A model generated the notes under the pieces. It saw only the letters and a list, made by a program, of their open reading frames with translations, was not told the origin of the DNA and did not search any database. From positions 18,680-82,679 of the forward strand of contig JBAZWB010000003.1 of the NCBI GenBank assembly GCA_041660605.1: a stretch of 64,000 nucleotides of DNA. Direction: 5' to 3'. Numbering within the stretch: the first letter of the stretch is position 1; each line of letters opens with the position of its first letter. The position numbers were made by a program, and so were the translations under genes. Origin of the DNA: Patescibacteria group bacterium (GTDB lineage: Bacteria > Patescibacteriota > Patescibacteriia > UBA10025 > JAHIVO01). Positions 18,040 through 27,705 of the stretch are shown one piece after another.

Positions 18040-18155
18040 TGCGCGGGCAAAGGACACGCGTTTGGGGGTTGTGAAACGCCGTCATACACCCTTGCCCAGA
18101 GCGGATCCCCGCCTGCGGAAGCCATGCGGCGGGCAGGTCTGCGCCCGCGATGGGT
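18040..18155. repeat. REP-like GC-rich palindromic element, copy C
   Basis: TCCCCGCCTGC (18106-18116) and a 25-nt block (18125-18149) identical to copy A. Confidence 0.8.
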
Positions 18156-18235
18156 CCATCCAATATAATATTAACGTCTTGTTTTAACATGGAAACAAAG
18201 GTAAAATTCTTATATATTAAACGATAAAAAAAATT

Positions 18236-18721
18236 ATGGAAAACTACAACCCCAAAACCGACTGCTGTCCGCGCTTTGACCCCAATCCGTGGGACGGAAA
18301 AACATTTGACTGGCAGGATAAGAAATTCATCAAAGACAAAGTATTTACCGCCTTTAACATCCCGATGAATTTCGGACAGGTGGTTAAGCGGATGAACGCC
18401 AAGATTGACGCGGCCGGAGCAAAAGCGCTGGACTGGATGTCGCTCTCCGACCATACTTCCAAATGGAATATGGACCTGTATATCGCCGTTGACAAAGAAG
18501 TGCCGGGCGCGGAGAATGTCACCTTGAGCGGGAAATACCTTAGCAAAGTGTACGAAGGCGATTTCCGGGAAACCGGCAAGTGGTGCCAGGATTTTATGGA
18601 GTACGCAAAACAGCAGGGTTACACTGACGTCAAGAAATGGTACATGTGGTACACCACCTGCCCCAAGTGCGCCAAGAAGTACGGGAAGAATTACGTGGTG
18701 ATAATTTCAAAAGTAAATTAA
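18236..18721 (+). CDS. Conserved hypothetical protein (GyrI-like fold suspected)
   Basis: CCPRFDP..WD, LSGKYLSKVYEG and WYTTCPKCAKKYGKNYVV motifs. Confidence 0.8.
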   Translation: MENYNPKTDCCPRFDPNPWDGKTFDWQDKKFIKDKVFTAFNIPMNFGQVVKRMNAKIDAAGAKALDWMSLSDHTSKWNMDLYIAVDKEVPGAENVTLSGKYLSKVYEGDFRETGKWCQDFMEYAKQQGYTDVKKWYMWYTTCPKCAKKYGKNYVVIISKVN

Positions 18722-18727
18722 AAACAT

Positions 18728-18910
18728 ATGCTGGATGTAAAAGTTACAAAACATAGCGGAGAAGCGGTTTACTGCCTGGGGATCATCGGCGCGGCGATTT
18801 ATTACATATCTATAGCCACGGGTTTTTGGGCAGTGGTCCTGGGATTACTGAAGGCAATCGTCTGGCCGGTATTTTTTGTTTATGAGGCTTTGAAATTTTT
18901 TGGTAGCTAA
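18728..18910 (+). CDS. Small 2-TM membrane protein
   Basis: YCLGIIGAAIYYI..A.GFW..VLG.LKAIVWP. Confidence 0.8.
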   Translation: MLDVKVTKHSGEAVYCLGIIGAAIYYISIATGFWAVVLGLLKAIVWPVFFVYEALKFFGS

Positions 18911-18914
18911 TACA

Positions 18915-19358
18915 ATGAACTCTATCACTTTGAAGGGCTTATGGATAATCGAAGCGTCCCGCGACAAGATTTATGCCATCATGTCCGATTTTGAGAATAT
19001 GCCCAAACTCTTCCCAAAAGTAGCGAAGTCGCTGAAGGTTATCAAGCGTGAAGGGAACCACCTGACTATTGACGGTGTGGCCAAGACCTGGGGCAAAACC
19101 ATCAATGTGCGTATGAATACCGAGCTCAAGCCGCCATACGGGTATTTTTCTGATAATAAAAACAATATCGGCACTGCGGGGCACGAAGAATTCATGATGG
19201 AAGAAATCCCCCAAGGCACGCGCATAAATTATTTATACCAGGTGGAAATTAAAAATCCCCTGCTGCGCGCCCTGGCCAAGCCGCTAATCGGCTGGTACGC
19301 CATGCGGGTCTGGAAAAAAGCGGTTATTGATGTGCTGCGGCAAATGCTGGAGAAATAA
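18915..19358 (+). CDS. SRPBCC/polyketide-cyclase fold protein
   Basis: IIEASRDKIYAIMSDFENMPKLFP...GTRINY. Confidence 0.8.
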   Translation: MNSITLKGLWIIEASRDKIYAIMSDFENMPKLFPKVAKSLKVIKREGNHLTIDGVAKTWGKTINVRMNTELKPPYGYFSDNKNNIGTAGHEEFMMEEIPQGTRINYLYQVEIKNPLLRALAKPLIGWYAMRVWKKAVIDVLRQMLEK

Positions 19359-19371
19359 AAATAATTATTTT

Positions 19372-19812
19372 ATGCTTCTGACTAAAAAACTCATCGCCCC
19401 CTGCGGCATGAACTGCGCCCTGTGCGCCGCCTATCTGCGGGAAAAAAAGAAGTGTCCGGGATGCCGGGATGATGATACAGATAAGAATAAAAGTTGCAGA
19501 CGCTGCAGGATCAAAAACTGCCTCCAGCTGAAAAAAAACCGCTGGCAATATTGTTACCGGTGCGGCGCTTTCCCCTGTGACAAGATCAAGCATATCGACC
19601 AGCGTTATCGTGCTCACTACCACATGAGCATGGTGGCTAACCTTGCCTACACCAAAAAACGTGGCATTAAGGCCTTCCTCGCTGACCAGCAAAAAAAATG
19701 GCAGTGCCGGAAATGCGGCGGGCTTATCTGCTGCCACAACGGCTTGTGCTTCCACTGCGATGCCAAGAAGTTGAAAGCCAAAAAACGGAAATACCGCTGG
19801 GAGGGAGAATAA
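19372..19812 (+). CDS. DUF3795-like Cys-rich protein
   Basis: IAPCGMNCALC, CPGC, CRIKNC, CYRCGAFPC and C-terminal CxxC pairs. Confidence 0.85.
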   Translation: MLLTKKLIAPCGMNCALCAAYLREKKKCPGCRDDDTDKNKSCRRCRIKNCLQLKKNRWQYCYRCGAFPCDKIKHIDQRYRAHYHMSMVANLAYTKKRGIKAFLADQQKKWQCRKCGGLICCHNGLCFHCDAKKLKAKKRKYRWEGE

Positions 19813-19839
19813 TATTTATTTATGAATTAACCAATATAT

Positions 19840-20598
19840 ATGAAAAAAAGATATTATGTACCAATTATCTGCATCCCATTACTTATTATTTTTTTATATA
19901 TCCTTTATACCTTTTTCCCGACGGAATTTCTGATAAAGAGATCCCCTGAATCAGCTACGGCCGCCGAGCGTTCCGGGTATTCACCCAATATTTCCACATT
20001 TAACTGGGTGCATCTGATAGCCAATACATATGACGGAAACTATCTGGTGGTCAGGAACTTGGAGCAATACAGGCAGGCCGCTGGCTTCAGGGCATTCCCG
20101 GATGGCGGGATCCCCTATTATTTAATCAATAAAGATGATCTTTTACTGGTCGGAAGTGCGGGAAATGTCATCTGGCAAAGAAGCTATATTAATAGCGTGG
20201 CACCAAATTATCAGTACCAATCAAAATACACAACCAAGGATCTCAAAATCTCCACTGCCAATGATCTTCCTGCATTGCTGAAAGGTGAAATTCTTGCAGT
20301 AATCCGCTGGTGCTCGCCAAATATAATGCAAATTGCCGCCTTTAATCGCACCCCCGGCGTGGCTGCGCAGTTCATCCACCCGGCGGTAGAAATTAATACT
20401 TCAGACGGCTCCTTGAGAACATTCAATAATCCCGAGGAGCTGTGCGATGATGCCCTTCCGCCAAACGGCAGTACTCCAAAAAAGTACCAATGCAATAAAC
20501 ACATTAATAATTTCGTATTCGCCTCCGGATTGCCGGCACCAAACGAAATACTGGTGATGGACCAAAAAATATGCAGTGGCTTGCAAAAAATATTTTAG
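19840..20598 (+). CDS. Membrane-anchored hypothetical protein
   Basis: N-terminal TM helix; GFRAFPDGGIP motif. Confidence 0.7.
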   Translation: MKKRYYVPIICIPLLIIFLYILYTFFPTEFLIKRSPESATAAERSGYSPNISTFNWVHLIANTYDGNYLVVRNLEQYRQAAGFRAFPDGGIPYYLINKDDLLLVGSAGNVIWQRSYINSVAPNYQYQSKYTTKDLKISTANDLPALLKGEILAVIRWCSPNIMQIAAFNRTPGVAAQFIHPAVEINTSDGSLRTFNNPEELCDDALPPNGSTPKKYQCNKHINNFVFASGLPAPNEILVMDQKICSGLQKIF

Positions 20599-20670
20599 GG
20601 CAAGAAATGCTCTGAATTGCCATTTGATTGCCTCCACACTCCATAAAAAAATAAAATATATATTTTACCT

Positions 20671-20865
20671 ATGAACGGCAATAATCGAGACGACATTTAC
20701 CCGGGACTCCGGGTCGCCATCGTCCTGAAGCAGGACCAGCGCACCGGAAAACTGACCGAAGGCGTAGTTCAGGATATTTTAACCAATTCCCCCAACCATC
20801 CGCATGGCATAAAAGTGCGGCTCCAAACCGGCGAGGTTGGCCGGGTGCAGGAAATCTTAGCCTAA
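20671..20865 (+). CDS. YwbE/DUF2196 family protein
   Basis: VLKQDQRTGKLTEGVVQDILTNS..HPHGIKVRL..G.VGRV. Confidence 0.92.
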   Translation: MNGNNRDDIYPGLRVAIVLKQDQRTGKLTEGVVQDILTNSPNHPHGIKVRLQTGEVGRVQEILA

Positions 20866-20907
20866 AAACCCCACTGGGAGAAAACATGCCTGGTGGGTAT
20901 TTTTTGT
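20864..20907 (+). terminator. Intrinsic terminator
   Basis: CCCACTGGG...CCTGGTGGG followed by a T-run. Confidence 0.65.
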
Positions 20908-21124
20908 ATTGGCGTAACAAGATTAAGCTTCATCCGATTAAGTAATTGCATGGCTGTAAAATTAGCCTGTTTTAAATTGCTAATATCATATAAAAAAGGC
21001 TATATTATGCGAATTGAGCTTAAAAATAATTCACTGGCAATTATCTAATACTAGCCTACTAATTAACAGCGGAAACGGTAAGGAACCATTCTCCGTTTTT
21101 TTACTGTTTACCCAGCAAATAATT

Positions 21125-22381
21125 ATGAAACGAATAAAATCAATACTATCAAATATCCGCCCGCTTTCGGATAAAGTGCTGGAGCTGACTTTAGTCAGGA
21201 AAAACGGCGCGCCTTTTCCCGAATTCCTGCCCGGGCAATTCGCCACCATTTGCTTCCCCGCCCACTCCCCGCTGAAAGGCGAGCGGTGCTTTTCCATCGC
21301 CAGCTCATCTACCGACCGCCTGGCTATGAAATTCGGCATCCGGATTTCCGGCGCCTACACCAGCGCCCTGCGCGATCTGAAGCCGGGAGACCAGGCGCTA
21401 GTCGGAGGCCCATATGGGCGTTTTACTTTTGATCCCGTACGCGACCGCTCCCTCGTCTTTCTGGCCGGCGGCATCGGTATCACGCCATTTATCAGCATGA
21501 TAAAAACCGCGGCCGACCTTAATCTGGATAACGACCTGACTCTTTTTTACAGTCTCCGCTCCCTTTCGGACATGCCTTATGGCGCGGAACTGGAACGGCT
21601 GAGTAATATGTACCCGCGGTTCCGCGCGGTTTACGCTGTTTCTGATAAAAATATTCCCAAACATCTGCCTGAATATCATCCCGGCCGCCTGAACCGCGAA
21701 TTAATCGTAAAAGTTATGACTGACAGGATCTGGCGGAGCACTTTTTTTCTCTGCGGTCCGCCGCCTTTCATGAAAACAATGAACCAGACTCTGCTCTCGC
21801 TGGGAGTCGCGCCGGAATTTATTATGAGCGAAAAATTCGGAGCCGGATCCAAGGCTTTTATTGAGCGGGGCACCCGGGTGCCGGCTTTTGCCTTTGCCGG
21901 ATGGGGCATTGCCTCGGTCATTGCCTTGGGAATCTTTTTCAGTATTGAGCAATCAAAACGACTGTCACTGGCCTATCATCCGCCAGAGCAACTAAGCCCG
22001 GTAGTGCGGAATATCCCCACGGAAATAGCCGTACCTGGACAGCCAAATCCGCCGGCAACGGAAACAGCCGAAGTGCCGCAGCCAACCGCCATGCCAACTG
22101 CTGAAAATAATAACAAACCAGCGACCCAAACCAGCGCGCCCAAACCCGCGCCAGCGCAAAAAACGGCCACGCCCGTGCCCCAGGCAAAAACTGCCGCGCC
22201 AATAAACGTCAATAAGGCAGCTCCGGCACCCGCTCCTGCGTCTGCGCCAGTTACGCCCCCTCCTGCACCAGTAAACACTGCGCCAGCCGCAACTCCGGCA
22301 CCAACGCCGGCTCCCAAACCAACTCCCGCTCCAGCTCCCGCGCCTGCACCGGCTCCTGCCCCTCGCACAGCAGTTTCCTAA
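21125..22381 (+). CDS. FNR-type FAD/NAD(P) oxidoreductase with a TM helix and Pro/Ala-rich tail
   Basis: PGQF, RCFSIAS, GPYGRF, AGGIGITP, CGPPPFM and EKF motifs, then TM helix and (PA)n. Confidence 0.9.
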   Translation: MKRIKSILSNIRPLSDKVLELTLVRKNGAPFPEFLPGQFATICFPAHSPLKGERCFSIASSSTDRLAMKFGIRISGAYTSALRDLKPGDQALVGGPYGRFTFDPVRDRSLVFLAGGIGITPFISMIKTAADLNLDNDLTLFYSLRSLSDMPYGAELERLSNMYPRFRAVYAVSDKNIPKHLPEYHPGRLNRELIVKVMTDRIWRSTFFLCGPPPFMKTMNQTLLSLGVAPEFIMSEKFGAGSKAFIERGTRVPAFAFAGWGIASVIALGIFFSIEQSKRLSLAYHPPEQLSPVVRNIPTEIAVPGQPNPPATETAEVPQPTAMPTAENNNKPATQTSAPKPAPAQKTATPVPQAKTAAPINVNKAAPAPAPASAPVTPPPAPVNTAPAATPAPTPAPKPTPAPAPAPAPAPAPRTAVS

Positions 22382-22412
22382 AATTATTTGCCTTAAATAT
22401 CCAAAACAACCC

Positions 22413-23456
22413 ATGAAAAAATATTATTTATTCTCCACATTAATTCTGATTTTTTTAACCGTTGTGCCAATTCGCGCTTTGGCAGAAACAGAAGAATCTG
22501 ATGCAGAGGAACAATCATCCCAGGCAATAAATAATGAATCTGACAGCCAACCCGCTCCTGATGTTAACGATTCAAATGAACCCGCGCCGGTAATTGCACC
22601 AACCCAAGAAACCGCACCTGCCCCCCTGCCAGCGACAAAGGTTGCCCCGCCAGTCCCTGCCAAACAACCAGCTGCCGTGCAAAAAAATAACAACAAAACC
22701 GCCGGTACCGTAAACACCAGCAAGCCCGCACCGGTAAAAGCCGCGCCTGCCCCTGCTTATTCTGCGACAGCCTATGCGACCGAACCAAACCCTGCGCCGG
22801 ATAAAGCGGCGACAGCGGGAATTACCACCATCGCCCTGGTACCTCATACTTTCAATCCCACCCAGATACAAAAACGCCTGACTGATTTCCCCTGGGCCTG
22901 GGTAACCACCCGGGCGGCCGCTACAGTCTCATTTATAATGCTGGCTTTGCTGACCATGACGGGTATTTCTCTGTCCACCGGGCTGCTTTATCGGATATTT
23001 TCGCCGGCTACAGGCTGGTCCGTCCACCGCGCTATCGGCTCCATCCTGCTGATTTCCGTGCTGGTGCATATTTTTTCCCTGCTCTTTGACCAATTCATCG
23101 GCATGAACCTGCTTGATATTCTCGTGCCATTTGCCTCTTCATATCAGCCATTACTAGTCTCATTGGGAATTGTTGGTTTTTATCTTCTGGCGCTGATCCT
23201 CGGTACCTCATTTTATAAAATGGCCACCAAGGCAAAATTCTGGCGGAGAATCCATTACCTCTCCTTCCCCATGTTCGCGCTGATTTTCATTCACAGTATT
23301 TTGCTCGGCACGGATAGCCACCAGCCCCTGATGCAGGCTCTATACTGGGGCTCGGCTGTGCTGGTTATGGGATTTGTTATTTACCGGATTGCCTGGAAAT
23401 TTTACCGTCCGGCAACCGACTATTCCTACCAAAAACGCGAAACAATTTTCGGTTGA
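22413..23456 (+). CDS. Ferric-reductase-like (MsrQ-like) cytochrome b with a Pro/Ala-rich N-terminus
   Basis: Signal peptide, PA-rich region, four His ligands: VHR, VHI, WRRIHY, IHS. Confidence 0.85.
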   Translation: MKKYYLFSTLILIFLTVVPIRALAETEESDAEEQSSQAINNESDSQPAPDVNDSNEPAPVIAPTQETAPAPLPATKVAPPVPAKQPAAVQKNNNKTAGTVNTSKPAPVKAAPAPAYSATAYATEPNPAPDKAATAGITTIALVPHTFNPTQIQKRLTDFPWAWVTTRAAATVSFIMLALLTMTGISLSTGLLYRIFSPATGWSVHRAIGSILLISVLVHIFSLLFDQFIGMNLLDILVPFASSYQPLLVSLGIVGFYLLALILGTSFYKMATKAKFWRRIHYLSFPMFALIFIHSILLGTDSHQPLMQALYWGSAVLVMGFVIYRIAWKFYRPATDYSYQKRETIFG

Positions 23457-23547
23457 TAAAATTTAAAAACGTGTTTTAAAACCAATTAGCATTTAGCTGG
23501 TATAAAAAAGACCTTGACACCGGTTGGAGGAAAAATAATTATTTATA

Positions 23548-23585
23548 AAAAAACCGCCTCAACCGTAAGGTAATATTGGCGGGGA
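23548..23585 (-). terminator. Intrinsic terminator
   Basis: CCGCC...GGCGG with a minus-strand U-tract. Confidence 0.55.
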
Positions 23586-23605
23586 TGGAGAGCGTTTCTT
23601 CCAAT

Positions 23606-24025
23606 TTATTTCTTTTCCACGTTTCTCCAAGCTTCGGCAAAACACAGAATAATGCCGGCGTAGGTGCCATTTTGCTGGTTAATTGAGTAGCGTACCGCGC
23701 GAGTTTCGATATCACCTATCACTAACCTGAAATAGCTGAAGTTCTGATCGGATGGTCCGAGCTCATTCTGCCGTTTGGTCGCCCAGGCTTTGGCATATTC
23801 CAGGTCTTTGTCAGCGACATAGGATATCTTCTGACCGGGAAAAATTAAATCCGCGTGTCTAATCTCATTCAGAGCCGCAAGGTCAGCCACTGAATGCCCA
23901 GTCTTTTTGGCTATACCGGTAAGGTTGTCACCGACCTTAACAATGTACTCAGCGCCGAACGTGGTCGCTGACAATATAACCATGACGGCTAAGCAAGCAA
24001 CCACTGCAGTTGACAATCTTCTCAT
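23606..24025 (-). CDS. Secreted LysM-domain protein
   Basis: Signal peptide; YIVKVGDNLTGIAKK....LAALNEI....LIFPGQKI. Confidence 0.88.
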   Translation of the reverse strand: MRRLSTAVVACLAVMVILSATTFGAEYIVKVGDNLTGIAKKTGHSVADLAALNEIRHADLIFPGQKISYVADKDLEYAKAWATKRQNELGPSDQNFSYFRLVIGDIETRAVRYSINQQNGTYAGIILCFAEAWRNVEKK

Positions 24026-24086
24026 TGTCTTACTCCCTCTCTAATGATGTTTAAGAACAACTTAATACCTAAATTTGTTTCAAACA

Positions 24087-24115
24087 AGTATAGCAAAATT
24101 TAAATTATCTGTCAA
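24087..24115 (-). promoter_or_regulatory. Sigma70 promoter
   Basis: TTGACA-17-TATACT. Confidence 0.8.
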
Positions 24116-24329
24116 GCACTACCAGTATTTCCCCAATGTTAAGTATTAGGACTTGCCAGACGCGTTGCCAAAAAATTTGCTTAGCAGAGATAGATGAATA
24201 AATAATTTATAGATGTCTTCTTATATGGAAACTACGCCACCCGGCAACCGGCAATTCCTATTAAAAACAGGGGCTTGAATCGTCCCTGGCTTTATGATAC
24301 AATTTTTCCACTATATTTAAACTTACCCC

Positions 24330-25262
24330 ATGGACGTCATAGAAGTAAAAAATTTGGTAAAAAAGTTCAAACAACCCGATAAAAACGAGCTGATCGCCGT
24401 TAATGGCGTTTCTTTTTCCGTTAAAAAGAGCGAGATTTTTGGTCTGCTTGGCCCTAATGGCGCCGGCAAAACCACCACCCTGGAAATAATTGAAGGCCTG
24501 CAGGTACCCAGCGGAGGCGAGACACTTATCAAGGGATTTTCCACTCAGCACGACCTTCATAGAGTAAAAAATATTATCGGCATCCAGCTGCAATCCTCTG
24601 CCTATTATGAATACCTGCAGTTAGGCGAAATACTTGAACTCTTCGGTAGCTTCTATGATAAAGCTCTGCCGGCCGACAATCTATTGGAGATAGTCAGTCT
24701 TCAGGATAAGAAAAAATCCCTCATTAAACAACTTTCCGGCGGCCAGCAGCAGCGCTTTTCCATCTGCGCCGCGCTGGTCAATGACCCGGAAATCGTTTTC
24801 CTGGACGAGCCGACCACCGGCCTGGATCCGCAGGCTCGCCGGCTGATGTGGGAATTCATTAAAAAAATAAATAAGCAGGGCAAGACCGTAGTGCTGACCA
24901 CTCATTATATGGAAGAAGCACAATATTTATGCAACCGCATCGGCATCATGGATCTGGGAAAAATCATCGCCCTGGACACGCCAAAAAATATGATAAATAA
25001 ATTGTCTTCCTCGGCTCGGATACATTTCCAGCCCTACGGCGATCTCAAACGGGAAACATTAAAACAAGTTGAAGGCGTCCTGGAAATCAAAGAAAATTCC
25101 GATAATATTATTCACCTGAAAGTCACCAAGGGAAATGAAGTGCTGCCCAAACTGTATAAATGGGCTGAGACCAATAAAATTTTTATGATAGATCTGGAGG
25201 TTATTTCTGCTGATCTGGAAGACGTATTTTTATCCTTAACCGGGAAACAACTGAGGGAATAA
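24330..25262 (+). CDS. ABC-2 exporter ATP-binding protein
   Basis: GPNGAGKTT, LSGGQ, FLDEPTTGLD and TTHYMEEA. Confidence 0.95.
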   Translation: MDVIEVKNLVKKFKQPDKNELIAVNGVSFSVKKSEIFGLLGPNGAGKTTTLEIIEGLQVPSGGETLIKGFSTQHDLHRVKNIIGIQLQSSAYYEYLQLGEILELFGSFYDKALPADNLLEIVSLQDKKKSLIKQLSGGQQQRFSICAALVNDPEIVFLDEPTTGLDPQARRLMWEFIKKINKQGKTVVLTTHYMEEAQYLCNRIGIMDLGKIIALDTPKNMINKLSSSARIHFQPYGDLKRETLKQVEGVLEIKENSDNIIHLKVTKGNEVLPKLYKWAETNKIFMIDLEVISADLEDVFLSLTGKQLRE

Positions 25263-25277
25263 GTTTAAAAAATGTCT

Positions 25278-25319
25278 AATTAGAAATTAAACATTAGGAA
25301 TTAGAAATTATCAATTAAT
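25278..25319 (+). repeat. Degenerate heptamer tandem repeat (6 x AATTAGA-like)
   Basis: aattaga aattaaa cattagg aattaga aattatc aattaat, abutting the next ATG. Confidence 0.7.
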
Positions 25320-26417
25320 ATGCTTAAACTTCTCTGGGCTAATCTAAAAATGACCACTCGCGACAAACAGGCGCTATTCTGGTCGCTGGCTTTCCCGATG
25401 ATGTTCATCATTATTTTCGGCCTGTTTGATTTTACTAAAATGGGCGATGCTAAATACGTGATATTTAACGAATCCAACACCCCGATCTCGTCTAGTTTCC
25501 AGGATGGCCTGAAAAAAATCACCTTCCTGAAAGAGCAGACTGCTCCGGCAACTCTTGATGAAGCGAAAAAACAGCTGAAAAATGGCGACGTGGATCTGAT
25601 TGTCTATATACCTGCTGATTTCAAGCTGCCGGACATGCCCATCACCGCCGATACCCCAAAACCCTCGCCGGTAGAACTCTACTATAGCGAGAGCAATACC
25701 ACTATCAATCAGGTCGCGCTCAGCGTCGTTGATAAATTCGTTGACCAGATGAATATGCAAGTTTCTCAGGCACCGGCCATCTTCAGCTACCAGGCCCAAG
25801 GCGTGCAGGCTAAAAATATCAAATATATAGATATTCTCATGCCCGGCATTCTGGCCATGTCCATCATGACTTCCGCTGTCATCGGCATTTCCACCGGCAT
25901 CAGCCGTTACCGCGAGCAGAAACTTCTGAAACGCCTGTCTGCCACGCCATTGAAAGTCAGAAATTTCCTGATGGCCGAAGTTTTGTCCTATTTAATCATG
26001 AATATTGTGCAGATCACCCTGATTGTACTTCTGGCGCGCATTGCCTTTGGCGTCAAAGTTTATGGCAGCTATCCGCTGATATATTTAATAAGCATCTTCG
26101 GCAGCGTCATCTTCCTGAATCTCGGTTTTGCCGTCGCCGGCTATGCAAAAAATACCAAAACCGCCGAAGCCCTTTCCCAGGTAGTCACCATGCCGATGAT
26201 GTTCTTCTCCGGCGTTTTCTTCTCCACTGAAGCCTTACCGAAAATTATCAGTAAAACAGTGGAGTATCTACCGCTGACTCCGATGATTGAGGCATTGCGG
26301 AAAGTTTCCGTCAACGGCGAAGGTATCCAGACTTTCCTACCTCAGCTGGCTTTCATGGCCGGCTGGGTTATCCTTTCTTTCCTCCTGGCCTGGAAAACTT
26401 TCAAGTTCAAGGATTAA
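25320..26417 (+). CDS. ABC-2 exporter permease
   Basis: RD..ALFW..AFP, PGILAM, RE..LLKRL.ATP, PMMFFSGVFF. Confidence 0.93.
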   Translation: MLKLLWANLKMTTRDKQALFWSLAFPMMFIIIFGLFDFTKMGDAKYVIFNESNTPISSSFQDGLKKITFLKEQTAPATLDEAKKQLKNGDVDLIVYIPADFKLPDMPITADTPKPSPVELYYSESNTTINQVALSVVDKFVDQMNMQVSQAPAIFSYQAQGVQAKNIKYIDILMPGILAMSIMTSAVIGISTGISRYREQKLLKRLSATPLKVRNFLMAEVLSYLIMNIVQITLIVLLARIAFGVKVYGSYPLIYLISIFGSVIFLNLGFAVAGYAKNTKTAEALSQVVTMPMMFFSGVFFSTEALPKIISKTVEYLPLTPMIEALRKVSVNGEGIQTFLPQLAFMAGWVILSFLLAWKTFKFKD

Positions 26418-26499
26418 AAAATTAAGTTGCCCGCACTCCATCATTATTCTATATAATGATGTTTTTACGCATATCTTTCCCCCCGCTATTATAAAAAAT

Positions 26500-26690
26500 T
26501 TAAAAGAAAAAGGAGCGAGGAGGAATGGTTGCCCATGGGCAACCGCGTTGTACTGTTTGAGCGAACGCAGCGAAGCGAGGAGCGAGTTTACAACGCGGAA
26601 TGACAACGAGCCTGTTTTCGTTAATTTCTTTGTACCGGCGCAGCTCTTTTGCTTCTTTTCTGTTTGCACAGAAAAGAAGGAACATAATCA
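26500..26690. repeat. Non-coding REP/MITE-like element
   Basis: GAGCGAACGCAGCGAAGCGAGGAGCGAGTTT, GGTTGCCCATGGGCAACC palindrome, CTTCTTTTCTGT / ACAGAAAAGAAG hairpin. Confidence 0.6.
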
Positions 26691-26721
26691 CATTACTCCC
26701 TTTTTTTGCTATACTAAATAT

Positions 26722-27153
26722 ATGGATAATCCTGATAAAAATCAGCATATCAAAGTCGGCCTGGGCGTCATGTTATTCAAGGATGGCAAAGTGCTGCTCG
26801 GCAAGCGCCGCGGCTCGCATGGCGAAGGCGAATATGCCTGGCCCGGCGGGCATTTGGAATATATGGAATCAATAGCTGACTGTACCAGGCGAGAAGTACG
26901 TGAAGAAACCGGCATGGAAATTACCAATATACGGTTCTTGCGCCTGCTGAACTTAAAAAAATACGCCCCTCAGCATTATGTAGACATTGGCATGATTGCA
27001 GACTGGAAAAGCGGAGAACCGCAGGTGCTGGAACCGAACCGCATAGAATGCTGGGATTGGTACCGCCTGGACAGCCTGCCTGCCCCGCTTTTCGGCACTA
27101 CCGCCAGTTATTTAGAAGCGCTCAAAAGCGGTAAAAACTTTTTTGACTTTTAA
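26722..27153 (+). CDS. NUDIX hydrolase (NUDT15/MutT-like)
   Basis: VGLGV, LLGKRRGSHGEG.YAWPGGHLE..ES...C..REVREETG; true start at 26722. Confidence 0.92.
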   Translation: MDNPDKNQHIKVGLGVMLFKDGKVLLGKRRGSHGEGEYAWPGGHLEYMESIADCTRREVREETGMEITNIRFLRLLNLKKYAPQHYVDIGMIADWKSGEPQVLEPNRIECWDWYRLDSLPAPLFGTTASYLEALKSGKNFFDF

Positions 27154-27157
27154 ACTT

Positions 27158-27658
27158 ATGATTATTCCCTCCATCATCAACCGCCGCAGCATCAGGAAAT
27201 TCCAGAATAAACCGGTGCCGGAAAAACTGGTCAATGAAGTGATAAAAGCGGCCCAGTTCGCCCCCACTTCGCGAGATAACCGTTTGGTGGAGTTTGTGGT
27301 GGTAAATAACCCTGAAACCAAAAAGAAAATCTATGAGGCCGCCATACCGCCTCAGGAATTTTTGTTAAAAGCGCCGGTGCTGGTCATCCCCGTCACTGAC
27401 CCGTCAAAAACCAACCAGCCGGTGCAGGACATTTCTTTGGCCACTGCCAATATTTTCCTGCAGGCAGCGGAGCTCGGCCTGGGTACGGTATGGAAAAATC
27501 TGAAACCACCGGCAGCCGGAGAAATTAAAAAAATCCTGAAAATTCCCGAGGAATACTTAATTATCAATATCATCCCACTGGGCTATCCGGCAGAAACGCC
27601 TGACCCTCATACTGATGACTATTTCCAGCCGGATAAAATTCATCCCGAAACTTGGTAA
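27158..27658 (+). CDS. Nitroreductase family protein
   Basis: IINRRSIRKF, AAQFAPTS, N..LQAAELGLGTVW, IPLGYP. Confidence 0.93.
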   Translation: MIIPSIINRRSIRKFQNKPVPEKLVNEVIKAAQFAPTSRDNRLVEFVVVNNPETKKKIYEAAIPPQEFLLKAPVLVIPVTDPSKTNQPVQDISLATANIFLQAAELGLGTVWKNLKPPAAGEIKKILKIPEEYLIINIIPLGYPAETPDPHTDDYFQPDKIHPETW

Positions 27659-27705
27659 TACCCTCCCTAAACCCCCTTAAAAATCCTTATAATTATTAAC
27701 ACCCT

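Noticed and set aside
21939-22871. Gly/Ala- and Arg-rich minus-strand ORFs
   Set aside because: They are antisense shadows of the Pro/Ala-rich coding regions
24240-24250. SAM-I-like CCCGGCAACC
   Set aside because: The rest of the S-box consensus is absent
26287-26721. 145-aa N-terminal extension on the NUDIX ORF
   Set aside because: It overlaps the permease end and a repeat element; a -10 box (TATACT) sits just before the ATG at 26722
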